Assembly (NCBI GenBank): GCA_043803945.1
Contig: JAZDJN010000113.1
Span: 1 to 26,866 of the forward strand
Reading direction: 5' to 3'
DNA length: 26,866 bases
Origin: a bacterium
GTDB taxonomy: Bacteria > Bacteroidota > Ignavibacteria > UBA10030
Numbering within the stretch: the first letter of the stretch is position 1; the number at the start of each line of letters is the position of its first letter. The notes under the pieces were generated by a model. That model was given only the letters and a program-made list of their open reading frames with translations. It did no database searches and was not told where the DNA came from. This document shows positions 26,666-26,866 of this stretch, piece after piece. The translations under genes were made by a program, and so were the position numbers.

Positions 26666-26866
26666 TAACCCAAGTTCGACAGTTCAAGATTATTTTCAAT
26701 CATTTTCTGATGAAAGTCCGCGAACGGAGCGAGCATTAGGCGATTCTCTATAAAAGTGCTATGTAGTGCCGACCTACCCCCTTGCGGAGGGCATGGTCGC
26801 TGTAGTATATTGTTGCATCATGTTTCTCAGACGTAAGTGTCGACATAAAGACGGCAAGCCCCACAC
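26666..26866 (+). mobile_element. Left end of IS1634-family-like insertion sequence, copy 2 (truncated by window edge)
   Basis: Inverted copy of 1-141 followed by a transposase-like start. The exact terminus is uncertain by a few bp. Confidence 0.8.
26820..26866 (+). CDS. N-terminus of IS1634-family transposase (partial)
   Basis: Translates as MFLRRKCRHKDGKPH(T), resembling the MFLR.....KDGK.H.Y start I recall for IS1634 transposases. Only 15 codons are visible and it is absent from the ORF track. Confidence 0.7.
   Translation, partial: MFLRRKCRHKDGKPH

Overview
A 26.5-kb cell-surface glycan locus with 19 intact CDS, all on the minus strand. The organism is probably an Ignavibacteria-like FCB bacterium, inferred from a T9SS-type C-terminal sorting domain (NFPNPFNPST). 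In transcription order the genes are GT4, wzm, wzt (no C-terminal CBM), a SAM methyltransferase with a 28-aa-repeat coiled coil, a two-domain lipoprotein, a Wzi-family outer-membrane protein, a DPM1-like GT2, a GT-C-like membrane transferase, a TylF-family O-methyltransferase, a gene remnant, a CxxC methyltransferase, rmlC, an SDR epimerase, rmlD, a GT2-GT4 fusion, a hypothetical protein, two GT2s, a polytopic TPR protein and a large Ig-repeat T9SS cargo protein. The whole locus is bracketed by two inverted, 96.5%-identical copies of an IS1634-like left end (1-141 and 26666-26806), and the transposase N-terminus starts at 26820. The intergenic regions hold several families of small palindromic or heptameric repeats, some nested inside one another. 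All calls come from reading the sequence and motifs by eye; no database searches were run.
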